Of a stretch of 64,000 nt of DNA, positions 41,706 through 52,814 are shown piece after piece. Under the pieces are notes generated by a model, which did not search any database, was not told the DNA's origin, and saw only the letters and a program-made list of their open reading frames with translations. This DNA is from Candidatus Bathyarchaeota archaeon (lineage in GTDB: Archaea > Thermoproteota > Bathyarchaeia > Bathyarchaeales > Bathycorpusculaceae). The stretch lies in contig CAVZJV010000014.1 in assembly GCA_963775685.1 (NCBI GenBank), positions 2,304,001-2,368,000 on the forward strand, in the 5' to 3' direction. A program made the position numbers and the translations under genes. How positions within the stretch are numbered: position 1 is the first letter of the stretch; each line of letters starts with the position of its first letter.

Positions 41706-42872
41706 ATGAAAATCGCCATAATTAATGACCATTTCTCCGACGGACCTGGAGGACAACACAGAATTCAAAATCTTTCAATAGGTTTGAAACGCTTAGGTCA
41801 TAAAGTGACTTACATAAGTCCTCAGGGCACCTCAGACAAAATATCTTCATTATACGTTGAGAGAGACTTTTCTCGAGGAAATTCGTCTAGCTTTCTTATT
41901 AAGGACTATTTTAACGATTTTTTCAAAATCTTCACTAATCTTCAGACAATTCGTGACACTCCTGATCTTGTGATAATTGAGCTGCCAAATACTATGTTAA
42001 AAGCAGTTAATGGTCTATTCATGAATGATGTTAATGTAGCTTTTGATTTCGCAGGTTTATGGACAAGCACCTTCGACAAAAACAAAACTTTTCAAGGATC
42101 TGGAAAAGCTGTCTCTTCTTTCCGATTTTTATCGCAACTCTTTGAAGATTCACTGAGTCTCATTACTTCAAGATCTCCCGATGTTATAACAGTCGCTACT
42201 ACACCGATGAAAAATTTTCTTGAGCATTCTATTGTGAGAAGAACGCATTTAATTTATCACCCAGTTGATCTACATTGTAGTTTCAATCCGAATTTGCTAA
42301 ACCCCAAAATATATGCACATCTTCTTCCTGAAAGATTTAGCGGCAAAACATTGATATTGCTAGGAGTAAAGGGAGATAAATGGTTTTTTGACGACTTCTG
42401 TAGGCTCATTAATAAAGTTAAGTCGCTAAATGTTGCCTTTGTTATTTTAGGATCTTTTCCGGTCACACAAAATCTTGTTTCTAAAAAAGGTCTTGATGAA
42501 TACGTATATTTTGTCGGAAATGTTCCTTACGAAACGATTCCTTACTATGCAAACTCATGTAGCTTTGCATTGGTTTTAACGCCACCTCAAATCAACCAAA
42601 TCTGGTATTCGCCACATAATATCAGCAAGATTGCCGAATTTTTAGCACTAGGGAAACCCGTGATCACGGACACATTAGGCGCGGTTGACTATGTCATAGA
42701 AAATGAAACAGGTTTTTTTGTTAAATCACACAATGATGCAGTAGATAGAATAAACATACTTGTTAAGAATCCTGATATTCTATTAAGAATGAGTAGTTGC
42801 GCCAGAAAGTTTGCACTTGAGAGACTAGATTGCGAAAAAGTTGCCCAAGAATACATTCAATTAATGAATTGA
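41706..42872 (+). CDS. GT4 glycosyltransferase
   Basis: GGQHRI, SKIAEFLALGKPVI, ENETGFFV. Confidence 0.85.
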   Translation: MKIAIINDHFSDGPGGQHRIQNLSIGLKRLGHKVTYISPQGTSDKISSLYVERDFSRGNSSSFLIKDYFNDFFKIFTNLQTIRDTPDLVIIELPNTMLKAVNGLFMNDVNVAFDFAGLWTSTFDKNKTFQGSGKAVSSFRFLSQLFEDSLSLITSRSPDVITVATTPMKNFLEHSIVRRTHLIYHPVDLHCSFNPNLLNPKIYAHLLPERFSGKTLILLGVKGDKWFFDDFCRLINKVKSLNVAFVILGSFPVTQNLVSKKGLDEYVYFVGNVPYETIPYYANSCSFALVLTPPQINQIWYSPHNISKIAEFLALGKPVITDTLGAVDYVIENETGFFVKSHNDAVDRINILVKNPDILLRMSSCARKFALERLDCEKVAQEYIQLMN

Positions 42873-42882
42873 TGATTTAACT

Positions 42883-45813
42883 ATGGTCTGGTTTAGCTTC
42901 ATAAAATCAAGAGCAAGAATTGAATTAATATTGCCTTGCGTTGTTGCGATAGTACTTCCCCTGATAACTTATTGGCAAATTCTGCATTTTATTACTTTTT
43001 CACAGCCAGGTCTACCTTTCTGGGATTACATTAATTCTGGACCAGCAGTTTCTCAAAGTCCCCAAGCCGGTTCATATCCTGTTAATTTTTATTGGATATT
43101 TTGGATTGCAACTTCTGCCCTTAATCTAAATGTACTTTCCATTAATGTTCTGCCAAAGTTGATGCTTGGCTTCATTTCTCTATTGTCTTCTTATATTTAC
43201 TTTAGATTCCTAATTCTCAAAAGTTTCCCTACAAAGAGAGAAAAAGATACTGCCATCGTTTTTGGCTCCTTAGCTGGCTCAATCATTTACTTCTTTGGCA
43301 TATCTTCTTTCGATGCGTGGGCAGGAATAACGAGTGTATACTCTTTATTGCCTTTGTTTGGCTTGTTAGTTCTTTTTGGGTATGCAGGATCTATAAAACG
43401 TAGATTATTCTTTATGTTCTCTTCAGCATTCATTTGGGTTTTAGAAATAGCTTTATACCCACTAGCAATAATAACATACCTTCTCCCACTTTTGATCAAT
43501 TTTTTAGTTATTTTTAAAGATCAGAAAAAAAAGCTAATGCCCTTTTTGTATGTCTCATTCATATTCATTTTCATGTTGGTTTTAGGGTATCCAGTGATCA
43601 GTAGCTATTTCCACAGTAATGTCATAAACCCTGAAGTTTTTTCTTTACCACAACTTGGACGAAAGGGGTTATTGAATAGCGGAAACACCATTTCAAACCT
43701 ATTAGTGGCTCTGCCAGACCCTTGGCTAAATTTATTTGTAATAAATTCACATTCAATTCTGTATTCTTTCGAACTTATCATTCCAATTTTAGCGTTCGCT
43801 TATTTGCTGTTCCTTGGGAGAAAAGGGCTCAATCGAACCGTCGGGCTTGCGTTAACAGCGATTGCTATATTAACCGTATGTTTGTATACGATTAGTTTTC
43901 CGAATTCCCAAGGGCAGCCTCTTCTAATTGTTTTAGGACAACATCTTCCAGGACCTTTTAGTACAGTGGTTGTAGATCTTCTGGGCGAATTCAGAGTTCC
44001 TGAGCAAATTTTGCCTGTGATATTTTCTATTTTAATTTCTTTTACTGTTTATTCGATATTACGTGCAACAAACAATTATCGAATAACCATTAACTTTGCT
44101 TCGAAAATAAGGCAAATAGAACTCAAGATTTTTTCAGTAATTCTTATTTTTCTCGCAATCTCTGCAATTGGCTTTAGCTCTTACACTCTCTATACTGGCT
44201 ACGGAGGAACAAGTATTAACGGGTTTTCTCCAGTCAATGATTCAGATATAGCAGTCACTAATTATATTTTAGATGTTCACCCCTCGGGTTCTGTAATTTG
44301 GGTTCCCAATCCTCCTCAATTTGAATTCCTTTTATATGGTGGTGGTAACCTTATCACGTATCCTTTTGGGAATGATGGACCATCAGCAACATGGTACTTA
44401 GACTACGTAATCAGTACAACGAATTCGTTGCTCACAAATGGAGAAATTGAAAATCTCGCGGTCTTTCTGTCTCAAATAGGTGTTGAATATGTTGCCATTA
44501 GCTCTGAAAGTAGCGTACGAGGATCAACTTTGCTTTCTACATTAGGTTTCACTCTAGTTTATCGCTCAGGTAATTCCTATCTCTTTTGCAATAACTATTA
44601 TGTTAAAAGCTGGACAAGCGACAATGTACTTTATGTCGCAGGAGGCCTCAATACATACAAACAAATGATTCCCTACCTAAGTATGGTTCAATACAATTAC
44701 ACCAATCCCGTGACTTTCTTCTTAGACAGGGAACCCCTGCCAAACATGCAGACCACAAATGGGGCTTATCTTTTTTCACAAACTTCAAATATTTATGACG
44801 TAGCGGTCCCCCTTATTCAAAACAGTACGATTATTGCTCCATCTCACTACGCCAGCCAAACTCAAGGTCCGCTACAAGGCTGGACTATAAATTCTGTTAC
44901 CGCTATCGGGTTAACAGATCGCCCTTGGGATAATTGGATTAGTGGTAATGCTTTATACGAATGGCAATATACTTACCAATTAAACTACGGTATTGCCTAC
45001 ACGAGCAGTGTAGCTCCATCTGTCTTGTCTATTCCAGTTAACGTACCAAATGACGATGAATACTATATTTTAGTTAGAACATATGCTAATCCAGATTCCA
45101 AAGGTTTGAATGTAACGATAAACGGCCAATCCTACGAACTCAATGATCACCCGACCGCAATAAGCGGATTTACTTGGAATGCTATATCTGTGAGCTTGCG
45201 TCAAGGCTCCAGCAACCTTACCATAACCTCATTTGGAGGACTCGCAGCTGTTAATTTGATAGAGGTCGTTAATCAGAGCTCGTTAATCCTAGCATTGAGC
45301 CAAGCAAGGGCGCTCTTAAACGACACCCATCAATTTAGCATTCTTAATTTAGCAAATTGTTCGGATTCCACTCTTACTTTCTCTTTAGTTTCTGCTGGAA
45401 ATTACTCAATTTATGTCCAAAAACAAGATCCTGGTTTTCTGGATTTAAACTTTGAATCAAGCAGCGGACAACTTCTTGCTCAGTGGAACGGTAATGGCAC
45501 AGGTGTCTTCAAGATCGGTTCAGCTGACTTCCAAAATAAATTCTCTCTTTTGACTGATTCAAACAAAGTTTTGAACAATACTTCGATTCTTCTATGCAAA
45601 TCAGTCGAAATCGTTTCCTCCCATAATTATACTGTTCTCGTAAATCCTATTCTGTTCCATTTCCCATACAAGAACGTAACATTTGGAAATTCTTCATTAC
45701 AAGCTTACCCAGCATATGGTATGTCAACGGCCTTTATATTGCCTGTAGAAACTGTTTTCTTAGGAAAAGTTAGTAGTCAACCTTTGCAAAGATATTTAAT
45801 ACCTCAAGATTAG
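42883..45813 (+). CDS. large GT-C-like membrane protein with extracellular beta-sandwich domain
   Basis: About 11 TMs followed by a ~500-aa soluble region (IGVEYVAI; YYILVRTY...FTW...AVNLIEV CBM-like). Confidence 0.6.
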   Translation: MVWFSFIKSRARIELILPCVVAIVLPLITYWQILHFITFSQPGLPFWDYINSGPAVSQSPQAGSYPVNFYWIFWIATSALNLNVLSINVLPKLMLGFISLLSSYIYFRFLILKSFPTKREKDTAIVFGSLAGSIIYFFGISSFDAWAGITSVYSLLPLFGLLVLFGYAGSIKRRLFFMFSSAFIWVLEIALYPLAIITYLLPLLINFLVIFKDQKKKLMPFLYVSFIFIFMLVLGYPVISSYFHSNVINPEVFSLPQLGRKGLLNSGNTISNLLVALPDPWLNLFVINSHSILYSFELIIPILAFAYLLFLGRKGLNRTVGLALTAIAILTVCLYTISFPNSQGQPLLIVLGQHLPGPFSTVVVDLLGEFRVPEQILPVIFSILISFTVYSILRATNNYRITINFASKIRQIELKIFSVILIFLAISAIGFSSYTLYTGYGGTSINGFSPVNDSDIAVTNYILDVHPSGSVIWVPNPPQFEFLLYGGGNLITYPFGNDGPSATWYLDYVISTTNSLLTNGEIENLAVFLSQIGVEYVAISSESSVRGSTLLSTLGFTLVYRSGNSYLFCNNYYVKSWTSDNVLYVAGGLNTYKQMIPYLSMVQYNYTNPVTFFLDREPLPNMQTTNGAYLFSQTSNIYDVAVPLIQNSTIIAPSHYASQTQGPLQGWTINSVTAIGLTDRPWDNWISGNALYEWQYTYQLNYGIAYTSSVAPSVLSIPVNVPNDDEYYILVRTYANPDSKGLNVTINGQSYELNDHPTAISGFTWNAISVSLRQGSSNLTITSFGGLAAVNLIEVVNQSSLILALSQARALLNDTHQFSILNLANCSDSTLTFSLVSAGNYSIYVQKQDPGFLDLNFESSSGQLLAQWNGNGTGVFKIGSADFQNKFSLLTDSNKVLNNTSILLCKSVEIVSSHNYTVLVNPILFHFPYKNVTFGNSSLQAYPAYGMSTAFILPVETVFLGKVSSQPLQRYLIPQD

Positions 45814-45937
45814 AAACTTCTGAACTGAATTCTTTGATCCAGAAAGCGTTTCTCTTTTTTTAAAGACAATTAATGAGCGTTAGCACTTAACTTGAATATA
45901 GTAAGCCTATCAAAATTATTTAAAATTTCTTATAAAT

Positions 45938-46894
45938 CTATTCAGATAGCTCTCGAGCTTTTATTAAAACAAAATTGCCCGAAGAAGATTTTAGCCAAGC
46001 TGCAATCGTAGGCAAATCATTTTTTAGATTTAGTGCCTTTTTTTGACTAAAATTATAAATGGACGTAAATTTCACATCTTTAAAAAGCTGTACTAATTCG
46101 CCCACATTTCCGCCATTTTGCTCAATCATTTCAGGAACAATTTCGATAAATAATACAGGATTATTAATGGCCAAAAATTTCTTCATTCCATTTAAAACTT
46201 TTAGTTCTGCTCCCTCAACATCAACCTTGATTACGTTCACATTAGATATTTCTTCTATTCTGTTAAAATAGTCAAAGGCAAAAAACTTGGCTTTGATTCT
46301 CCTATTTTTAGTTTTCTGTCCTTTAACAAGTGCTGTGAAATTTTTTTCGCCGATGGTCGACTCCCCAAAGTTTCCTTCAGGTATAACCATCGGCAAAACC
46401 TCCTCTCTGTCAGATAAGCCGAAATTGAATGTCTTAACATTTCTGGTGTCGTTAATTTCCAGGTTGCGCTCAAGACGCTTATAGTTCCTTTCAACGGGTT
46501 CAAAAGCATAAACTTTTCCTTCACTACCAACTTTCTTTGCTGCAATAAGTGTGAAATATCCCACATTTGCACCAATGTCCAAGACTATGTCCCCTGAATT
46601 TATTGTTGAATAAAAGAGGTCAACGTATTCTTTTTCAAAAGTCCCAAGGGCAATTTCGCGTTCTACGAAATCAGTATAATTAACACATATCCGAAATCCA
46701 AAATGTGTATTTAGTTCTATATCTTCCGAAATTGTCGACAAAGTCTCTTTGTAAAAACCTTCGTATGTTTTTGAAAATCTACTAAAAAATCTCTTAAATC
46801 TTCTTGGCAAATAACTGGGGCCTTTTGTCATTATTTTTATTACTATTGCTCGTGCAAGAAGCATCCTCATAAGACGTCGTATGTTATTCTCCAC
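45938..46894 (-). CDS. FkbM family SAM methyltransferase
   Basis: VLDIGANVGYFT, AFEP, IKVDVEGAE. Confidence 0.93.
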   Translation of the reverse strand: MENNIRRLMRMLLARAIVIKIMTKGPSYLPRRFKRFFSRFSKTYEGFYKETLSTISEDIELNTHFGFRICVNYTDFVEREIALGTFEKEYVDLFYSTINSGDIVLDIGANVGYFTLIAAKKVGSEGKVYAFEPVERNYKRLERNLEINDTRNVKTFNFGLSDREEVLPMVIPEGNFGESTIGEKNFTALVKGQKTKNRRIKAKFFAFDYFNRIEEISNVNVIKVDVEGAELKVLNGMKKFLAINNPVLFIEIVPEMIEQNGGNVGELVQLFKDVKFTSIYNFSQKKALNLKNDLPTIAAWLKSSSGNFVLIKARELSE

Positions 46895-47101
46895 CCTAAA
46901 TCTCCTAAATGTTTTATTATATCAAAAGTAATTTATATAAACTTCACATTACCATTTTTCTGAGGTTTTCTCAAATTCAGTTTTTCGATGGATTTCTTTA
47001 GTTTAGACACAGTTAAGAACCTAAATTGTTACAAATCTTTAAAAACAACATATTCATCCTCTTTTAAAACAACGCGGAAATGGTCTGGAAAAGGAACTCC
47101 A

Positions 47102-48283
47102 ATGAGGGTATTAATCTTCAGCAAGTTTAATCCATACCCTCCAACATCCGGTGGGTCTATTCGTATGTGGACATTGGCAAAATCTCTCATTACAAGAGGC
47201 ATTGAGGTCAAATTCGTTACACCGGTCTTAAAATCGCCGAAGAATATGGTATTCGAGGGCATTCCAGTTTATGAAATCAGAATATCGATGGTCTATGTAC
47301 TTTTTGGGTTTATTTTTCGTAAAGTTTTTCCATGGAGGATTGGGTGGCTATTTCATTATCTATTCATGGTAAAATACTTCGAAAAGAACTTGGTTAAGAA
47401 AGTAGAAAATCTTGCTGAAGATTCGAATATAATTCAATGTGAATTCACTTGGCTTTATCGTATTCCAGCAATCGTATCAAGAAGAAGAAATTTGCCATTC
47501 ATCCTTACCTTTCATGATATCAACTCTGATTTTTTATCAAATTATATGGACCCCCGAGATTTTTTTTCCAAGTTTTTGATTCGCAAGATCCTTGAGTCAG
47601 AAATTACTGCTTATAATACTGCAAATGCTTTGGTTTCCTTTACAAAACAAGATTTCGATGAATTAGTTACTATGGGGATACCTCAAAACAAAATAAAAAT
47701 AATCTCACATGAAATTTCAAAAGTTCCCATTACTTCTACTTCGTCAACCGTTAGACCTATTGTTCTTTTTGTAGGTTCTGGGCATCCGCCAAATGTTACG
47801 GCAGCGGAAATTATTATTAGCCAAATTGCACCGAAGGTTCCAGAGGCAGATTTTTTTATTGTTGGAAATGTTGGTAATTTCATAACGCGTCTTAAAAAAC
47901 CCCTGAATGTTTTGGTCACAGGTTTTTTATCAGAGAAAGAATTGATCGACATTTATAGAAAAGCTGCTTTAGGAATCGTGCCTTTGCTATGTGGAGCTGG
48001 CATGAGCGTAAAGACTTTAGAGTTTTTATCTATTGGCTTACCTGTCCTTACTACTTCTATTGGGGCAAGAGGTTTATCACAAGATTGCAGTAAATCAAGT
48101 GCATTGTTCATCAACGATAACCCTTCTGAGTACTCTGAAAGAATAAAAGAACTGATTAAAAATCCAAAATTACGAGAGCGTCTTTCAGAGGAGGCTAAAC
48201 GTATTTACAGAAACTCCTCCTCAGACATAGGTCTTGAATACTTATCACTTTACAAGAAGTTAGCTAAGGAGTCAAATCACTAA
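47102..48283 (+). CDS. GT4 glycosyltransferase
   Basis: PYPPTSGGSIR, FVGSGHPPN, GAGMSVKTLEFLSIGLPVLTT. Confidence 0.9.
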   Translation: MRVLIFSKFNPYPPTSGGSIRMWTLAKSLITRGIEVKFVTPVLKSPKNMVFEGIPVYEIRISMVYVLFGFIFRKVFPWRIGWLFHYLFMVKYFEKNLVKKVENLAEDSNIIQCEFTWLYRIPAIVSRRRNLPFILTFHDINSDFLSNYMDPRDFFSKFLIRKILESEITAYNTANALVSFTKQDFDELVTMGIPQNKIKIISHEISKVPITSTSSTVRPIVLFVGSGHPPNVTAAEIIISQIAPKVPEADFFIVGNVGNFITRLKKPLNVLVTGFLSEKELIDIYRKAALGIVPLLCGAGMSVKTLEFLSIGLPVLTTSIGARGLSQDCSKSSALFINDNPSEYSERIKELIKNPKLRERLSEEAKRIYRNSSSDIGLEYLSLYKKLAKESNH

Positions 48284-48436
48284 ATTTTCATCTTTCAGGC
48301 AATTGCTAAAGCTATTCTCATACTAGGCGAAATTCGGTATTTGCTTTGTTCATCTTCTGAATTTAAAATACTAACGCTAAACAAAATTTGCAATAAGTTT
48401 ATTTCGCCTGATCAGATATAATTTGGCGAACTATAC

Positions 48437-48994
48437 ATGGTTACGCCAAAACTGAAACCTTTTCGTAACTTTGCCTATTGGTTTGCAATATTGCTGGCAA
48501 ATTGGACTGGACACATAGGTATACATAGAGTTAGACATTATTGTTACCGACATTTCTATAAAATACAAATTCCATCCGATTCTGTGTTGTATTGTGGATG
48601 CCGTTTCTTCGACCCTTGGGGGATAAGCATTGGAAATAATTCAATTGTGGGTGATCACGCTTTTCTAGACGGTCGTCGCAAAATAAAAATTGGAAACAAT
48701 GTAAATATTGCTCAAGAAGTGAGGATTTTTACTCTCGAACACGATATAACAAGCCCAACTTTCGCAGCAGTAGGTGACATGGTAAATATTGAAGATTGGG
48801 TCTACATCGGAAATAGAGTGACAATTTTGCCAGGAGTTACAATTGGGGAAGGTGCGGTGGTGGCTTCAGGGGCTGTAGTAACAAAGGATGTTTCTCCATG
48901 GACAATGGTTGGGGGAGTCCCTGCCAGGTTCATAAAGGGCAGACCTGTTGTAAAATATACATTAGACACAAGAAACAAAGGGTTATTTCATTAA
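48437..48994 (+). CDS. left-handed beta-helix sugar O-acyltransferase
   Basis: Hexapeptide repeats, ILPGVTIGEGAVVASGAVVTKDV, GGVPAR. Confidence 0.92.
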   Translation: MVTPKLKPFRNFAYWFAILLANWTGHIGIHRVRHYCYRHFYKIQIPSDSVLYCGCRFFDPWGISIGNNSIVGDHAFLDGRRKIKIGNNVNIAQEVRIFTLEHDITSPTFAAVGDMVNIEDWVYIGNRVTILPGVTIGEGAVVASGAVVTKDVSPWTMVGGVPARFIKGRPVVKYTLDTRNKGLFH

Positions 48995-49376
48995 GCTTTG
49001 ACCCCAACATTACACGCTTTTTGGTGTTTTTTTTACATCTAAAACCATTTTACAATGATATATCTTTCTGCAATAAACGGGGACTCAATTCTTAATGTTA
49101 ATACATTTTTCCTATACCAATTTCCCCCATTTTTTTGGAGACTTCAATCATTAAATAACGCAACTATTTATTCTGAAATCTATCCTTTGGTAGATTAAAG
49201 TATGGCTACTCGTAATGGCGAAAGCGCATTTAGCTCGCCCAGCGGCATATCGTAGGTCAGATGGTGCGTTGTAACATTGGTGATTATACTTATACTAACT
49301 TTTGGCCATTGTCTCATAAAAGATTTAAAAGATGCCAGATGAATAAAGTCATATAATCTGTGGTCAAAAATATGGC

Positions 49377-50402
49377 TTGAGGACTAAAATGCAGAAAGGT
49401 TGCGTTCTTAATAATCCGATTCAAGAGTCTTCGCCGAGTCAAAATGTGATGGTGTCAATAATAATTTCAAATTATAATGGCGAGCAACATCTGCATGAGT
49501 GTCTTTCTTCACTTATGCAGTTGGACTATTCACACTATGAAGTTATAGTCGTTGACGCAGCATCAAGTGATAATTCCATAGCGATCGTAGAGCGCGATTT
49601 TCCAAGAGTTCGTCTTATCAAAAAAGGCAAAATAGGCATTGGTGAAGCATTAAACTGTGGTATGCTGTCTGCCAAGGGTGAATTAATAATCTTTGACTTG
49701 AACAACGACGACATTGTTGACAAAAAATGGTTAATCCGCTTGGTAAACGCTCTCACAGACTCACCTAATGTAGGAGTTGTTTGCGGAAAGAGATTCAAGT
49801 ATAGAAGCAACAGAGTATTAGATTCAGCAGGAGGCTGCATAAGCTTTTTAACAGGAAACAGCGCGCAAAGGGGTCACAATGAGCTCGATTTGGACCAGTA
49901 CAATGTTCAAAAAGAAATCGACTACGCTGAAGTTATTGCAATAAGGAAATCAACATTGGAGAAAGTCGGCTTATGCGATCCTGTTTATTATATATATTAT
50001 GAAGATACTGATTTTTGTTTACGTGTTAAACGATTTGGATACAAAATAGTTTTTGTTCCCTCTGCCATTCTTTGGCATAAAGGAAGCAGTACTGTCGGTC
50101 AGCAGAGCAAAATGAGTTACTATTATCTGTACAGAAATCAAATCCGGTGTATTCTGAAAAATTATCCTTTGCGATATCTTGTCTCGGCTTTAACTAACAT
50201 TTTATTCATACAGAATCTTCTCGAAATTCGTTTGCTAGTTCCCCCAATTGGAAAAACAGCTTCAAAGGTTATCCCATTTTTAAAGAAGTACGAATACGGT
50301 AAGGATGACTTAATGTTGATCAAGGTTAGAACAGCAGCGATCGTATGGAATTTTAAGAATCTTAAGAATACAGTTATAGCCCGATATCAAGCTTTGTGTT
50401 AA
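49377..50402 (+). CDS. GT2 glycosyltransferase (rhamnosyltransferase-like)
   Basis: SIIISNYNG, VVDAASSD, LNNDD, YYEDTD, WHKGS. Confidence 0.9.
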   Translation: MRTKMQKGCVLNNPIQESSPSQNVMVSIIISNYNGEQHLHECLSSLMQLDYSHYEVIVVDAASSDNSIAIVERDFPRVRLIKKGKIGIGEALNCGMLSAKGELIIFDLNNDDIVDKKWLIRLVNALTDSPNVGVVCGKRFKYRSNRVLDSAGGCISFLTGNSAQRGHNELDLDQYNVQKEIDYAEVIAIRKSTLEKVGLCDPVYYIYYEDTDFCLRVKRFGYKIVFVPSAILWHKGSSTVGQQSKMSYYYLYRNQIRCILKNYPLRYLVSALTNILFIQNLLEIRLLVPPIGKTASKVIPFLKKYEYGKDDLMLIKVRTAAIVWNFKNLKNTVIARYQALC

Positions 50403-50673
50403 GTGGCTAATTCATCATGGCACTTTTTTCCAAAAGATTTTCTGTTAATTGGTATTTTGGGTCTCCGAAAAACTTTAGTTAATGCTTGTAAAATAAATAA
50501 TGGGTATGTTGTGGTGTGTACATCTCGTTTTCATCATTCGTAAATGAGTAAATTGACTTTGCTGGGTTCTTTTCTTAACCTTGAAAAACTTCTGGGCATA
50601 TTTTTTGTGCTATTTATAGAAATTTTAAAAAGTGACGACCTTTTACATTAGCTTCAAGTCTAATGGTGAAACA

Positions 50674-51636
50674 ATGAGACGAATCCTCGTAACAGGTGGA
50701 GGCGGCTTCATAGGCAGCCATCTTTCAAGAGTGCTTCTAAAACAAGGCAACTTCGTTAGAGTCGCGGACATAAAATTCGATGATTACATCAAAGAAGAAT
50801 ACTGCTCTGAAAAGCTTACTTTGGATCTCCGTATTAGGGAAAATTGCCTTCAAGTAACCAAAGGAATTGACCTTGTGTACAATTTAGCTGCAAACATGGG
50901 TGGAATAGGCTTCATAACAGAAGTAGGTGCCGAAGTAATGCATGACAACACTCTCATAAATACGTTCATGCTTGAAGCTGCAAGACAAAATAAAATCGAA
51001 CGCTATCTGTACACAAGTTCTGCTTGTGTTTATCCAACCTATCGCCAAACTGATCCACATATAAAAGGTCTGCGAGAAGAAGACGCTTACCCTGCTGACC
51101 CAGACAATTTTTATGGCTGGGAAAAACTTTACACTGAGAAAATGTGTGAAGCATACCAACGTGACTATAAAATGGACATTCGTATGCTACGCTATCATAA
51201 TATCTACGGGCCAGAGGGAACCTACAAGGGTGGACGAGAAAAATCTCCTGCGGCTATATGTAGAAAAATAGCTGCGGCTTCAAATCCTGGAACCATTAAT
51301 GTATGGGGCGACGGAAAACAGACTCGTTCATACTGCTACGTTGACGATGCTGTAAAGGGAACAATAACTCTGATGGAATCAGATTACGATAAACCTCTAA
51401 ACATAGGGTCAGACAGACTCGTAAGCATAAACGAACTCGCTGATATTGTTGCTGAGATTGCTAGAAAGAAAATATCCAAAACTTATGACTTGTCCGCACC
51501 ACAAGGGGTACGTGGTAGAAATGCTGACTTAACGCTTGTTAAGAAAGTATTGAATTGGCAACCTCAGGTAACACTCGAAGAAGGATTGGCAAAAACCTAC
51601 CATTGGATTCAAGAACAGCTCTCAATTGACAAATAA
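50674..51636 (+). CDS. NAD-dependent epimerase, GDP-mannose 3,5-epimerase-like
   Basis: GGGGFIG, NLAANMGGIGFI, SSACVYP, YGWEK, GGREKSPAAICRK, GVRGRN. Confidence 0.85.
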   Translation: MRRILVTGGGGFIGSHLSRVLLKQGNFVRVADIKFDDYIKEEYCSEKLTLDLRIRENCLQVTKGIDLVYNLAANMGGIGFITEVGAEVMHDNTLINTFMLEAARQNKIERYLYTSSACVYPTYRQTDPHIKGLREEDAYPADPDNFYGWEKLYTEKMCEAYQRDYKMDIRMLRYHNIYGPEGTYKGGREKSPAAICRKIAAASNPGTINVWGDGKQTRSYCYVDDAVKGTITLMESDYDKPLNIGSDRLVSINELADIVAEIARKKISKTYDLSAPQGVRGRNADLTLVKKVLNWQPQVTLEEGLAKTYHWIQEQLSIDK

Positions 51637-51803
51637 AATTTCTTATTTTGTTTTCGAATAATTGAAAAGTAGCGGACATGGGCATATTTTTTGGGTGGCG
51701 TATATGCTTTCTTTCAATTCGCCTTAGTCGTTGATTGCTTATACTTTGTTCTGTCTCTTATTAGCGCGTTGTCTCAAAGACAATTGAAAACATCGATTTA
51801 GGG

Positions 51804-52814
51804 TCATGTTTCTTGAGAGAACCAGGTTATTGTTCTTTTTAGCCCTTCTTCAAAGCATACGTTTGGCTTCCAACCGACAAGGTTTTCCAGTTTGGTAGTG
51901 TCTGGACAGCGTCTTTTTGGGTCATCCTTTGGCAATGGGTGAAAGGTCACTTCTGAATTGCATTTTGTTATCTCTTTAATTATTATTGCTATCTCAAGGA
52001 TGGTCTTTTCTTGGTCGTTTCCTATGTTTACAACTTCTCCATTTGCTTTTGGAATGGAGGTTAGCAGCACTATTCCCGTTATTGTATCGGTGATGTAGCA
52101 GAATGATCGTGTTTGTTTTCCGTCGCCGTAGACGGTTATGGGTTGGTTGGTTATTGCTTGTTGGATAAAGCGGGATATTACTCTGCCATACAGTCCGTCT
52201 TCTCTTAGGCGCGGACCGTAGGAGTTGAAAATTCTTGGTATCCTTACATCTAACCCATATTGTTTGTTGTATGCCATTAGTAGGGCTTCAGCGAAGCGTT
52301 TTCCCTCGTCATAGCATGATCGGGGGCCGATGGGGTTGACTTTTCCCCAATAGGTTTCAGGAGTTGGAATTATCTCTGTGTCGCCATAGGTTTCTGATGT
52401 TGAAGCAAACAGTAATGTTGCGTCGTTTTTTCTTGCCAACTCGGCCATTGCAAAAGTGCCTAATGCGCTTGTTTGAAGTGTTTCGATTGGGTGAGCTTGG
52501 TACTCGTCGGGTGATGCGTGTCCGGCCATGTGAAGGATGAAATCGAATTTTTCATTGCTTTGGAATTTGCAGACGTCTGATTTGATAAATTTGAAATTTG
52601 GATTCTTGATTAAATGGTCGATGTTGTTAAGTCTGCCAGTTGATAAGTCATCTAAAGCTGTTACGTCTGAGCCAAAATCAACGAGGAGATCGCATAGCCA
52701 ACTGCCAATAAAGCCTACGCCGCCTGTCACAAGCACCTTCTTTCCGTTGAAAGCGTGAGCTCTAACAGCGCTTTTTACTGTTTCGATGTCTCGGCTGATT
52801 AGGGCATCAATCAC
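51804..52814 (-). CDS. uxs: UDP-glucuronate decarboxylase (UDP-xylose synthase)
   Basis: GGVGFIG, ASP, ASTSETYGD, YWGKVNPIGPRSCYDEGKR, RIFNSYGPR, DDPKRRCPD. Confidence 0.9.
   Translation of the reverse strand: MIDALISRDIETVKSAVRAHAFNGKKVLVTGGVGFIGSWLCDLLVDFGSDVTALDDLSTGRLNNIDHLIKNPNFKFIKSDVCKFQSNEKFDFILHMAGHASPDEYQAHPIETLQTSALGTFAMAELARKNDATLLFASTSETYGDTEIIPTPETYWGKVNPIGPRSCYDEGKRFAEALLMAYNKQYGLDVRIPRIFNSYGPRLREDGLYGRVISRFIQQAITNQPITVYGDGKQTRSFCYITDTITGIVLLTSIPKANGEVVNIGNDQEKTILEIAIIIKEITKCNSEVTFHPLPKDDPKRRCPDTTKLENLVGWKPNVCFEEGLKRTITWFSQET

Noticed and set aside
49200-49280. tRNA-like GC-richer patch
   Set aside because: No acceptor stem or TTC T-loop consensus
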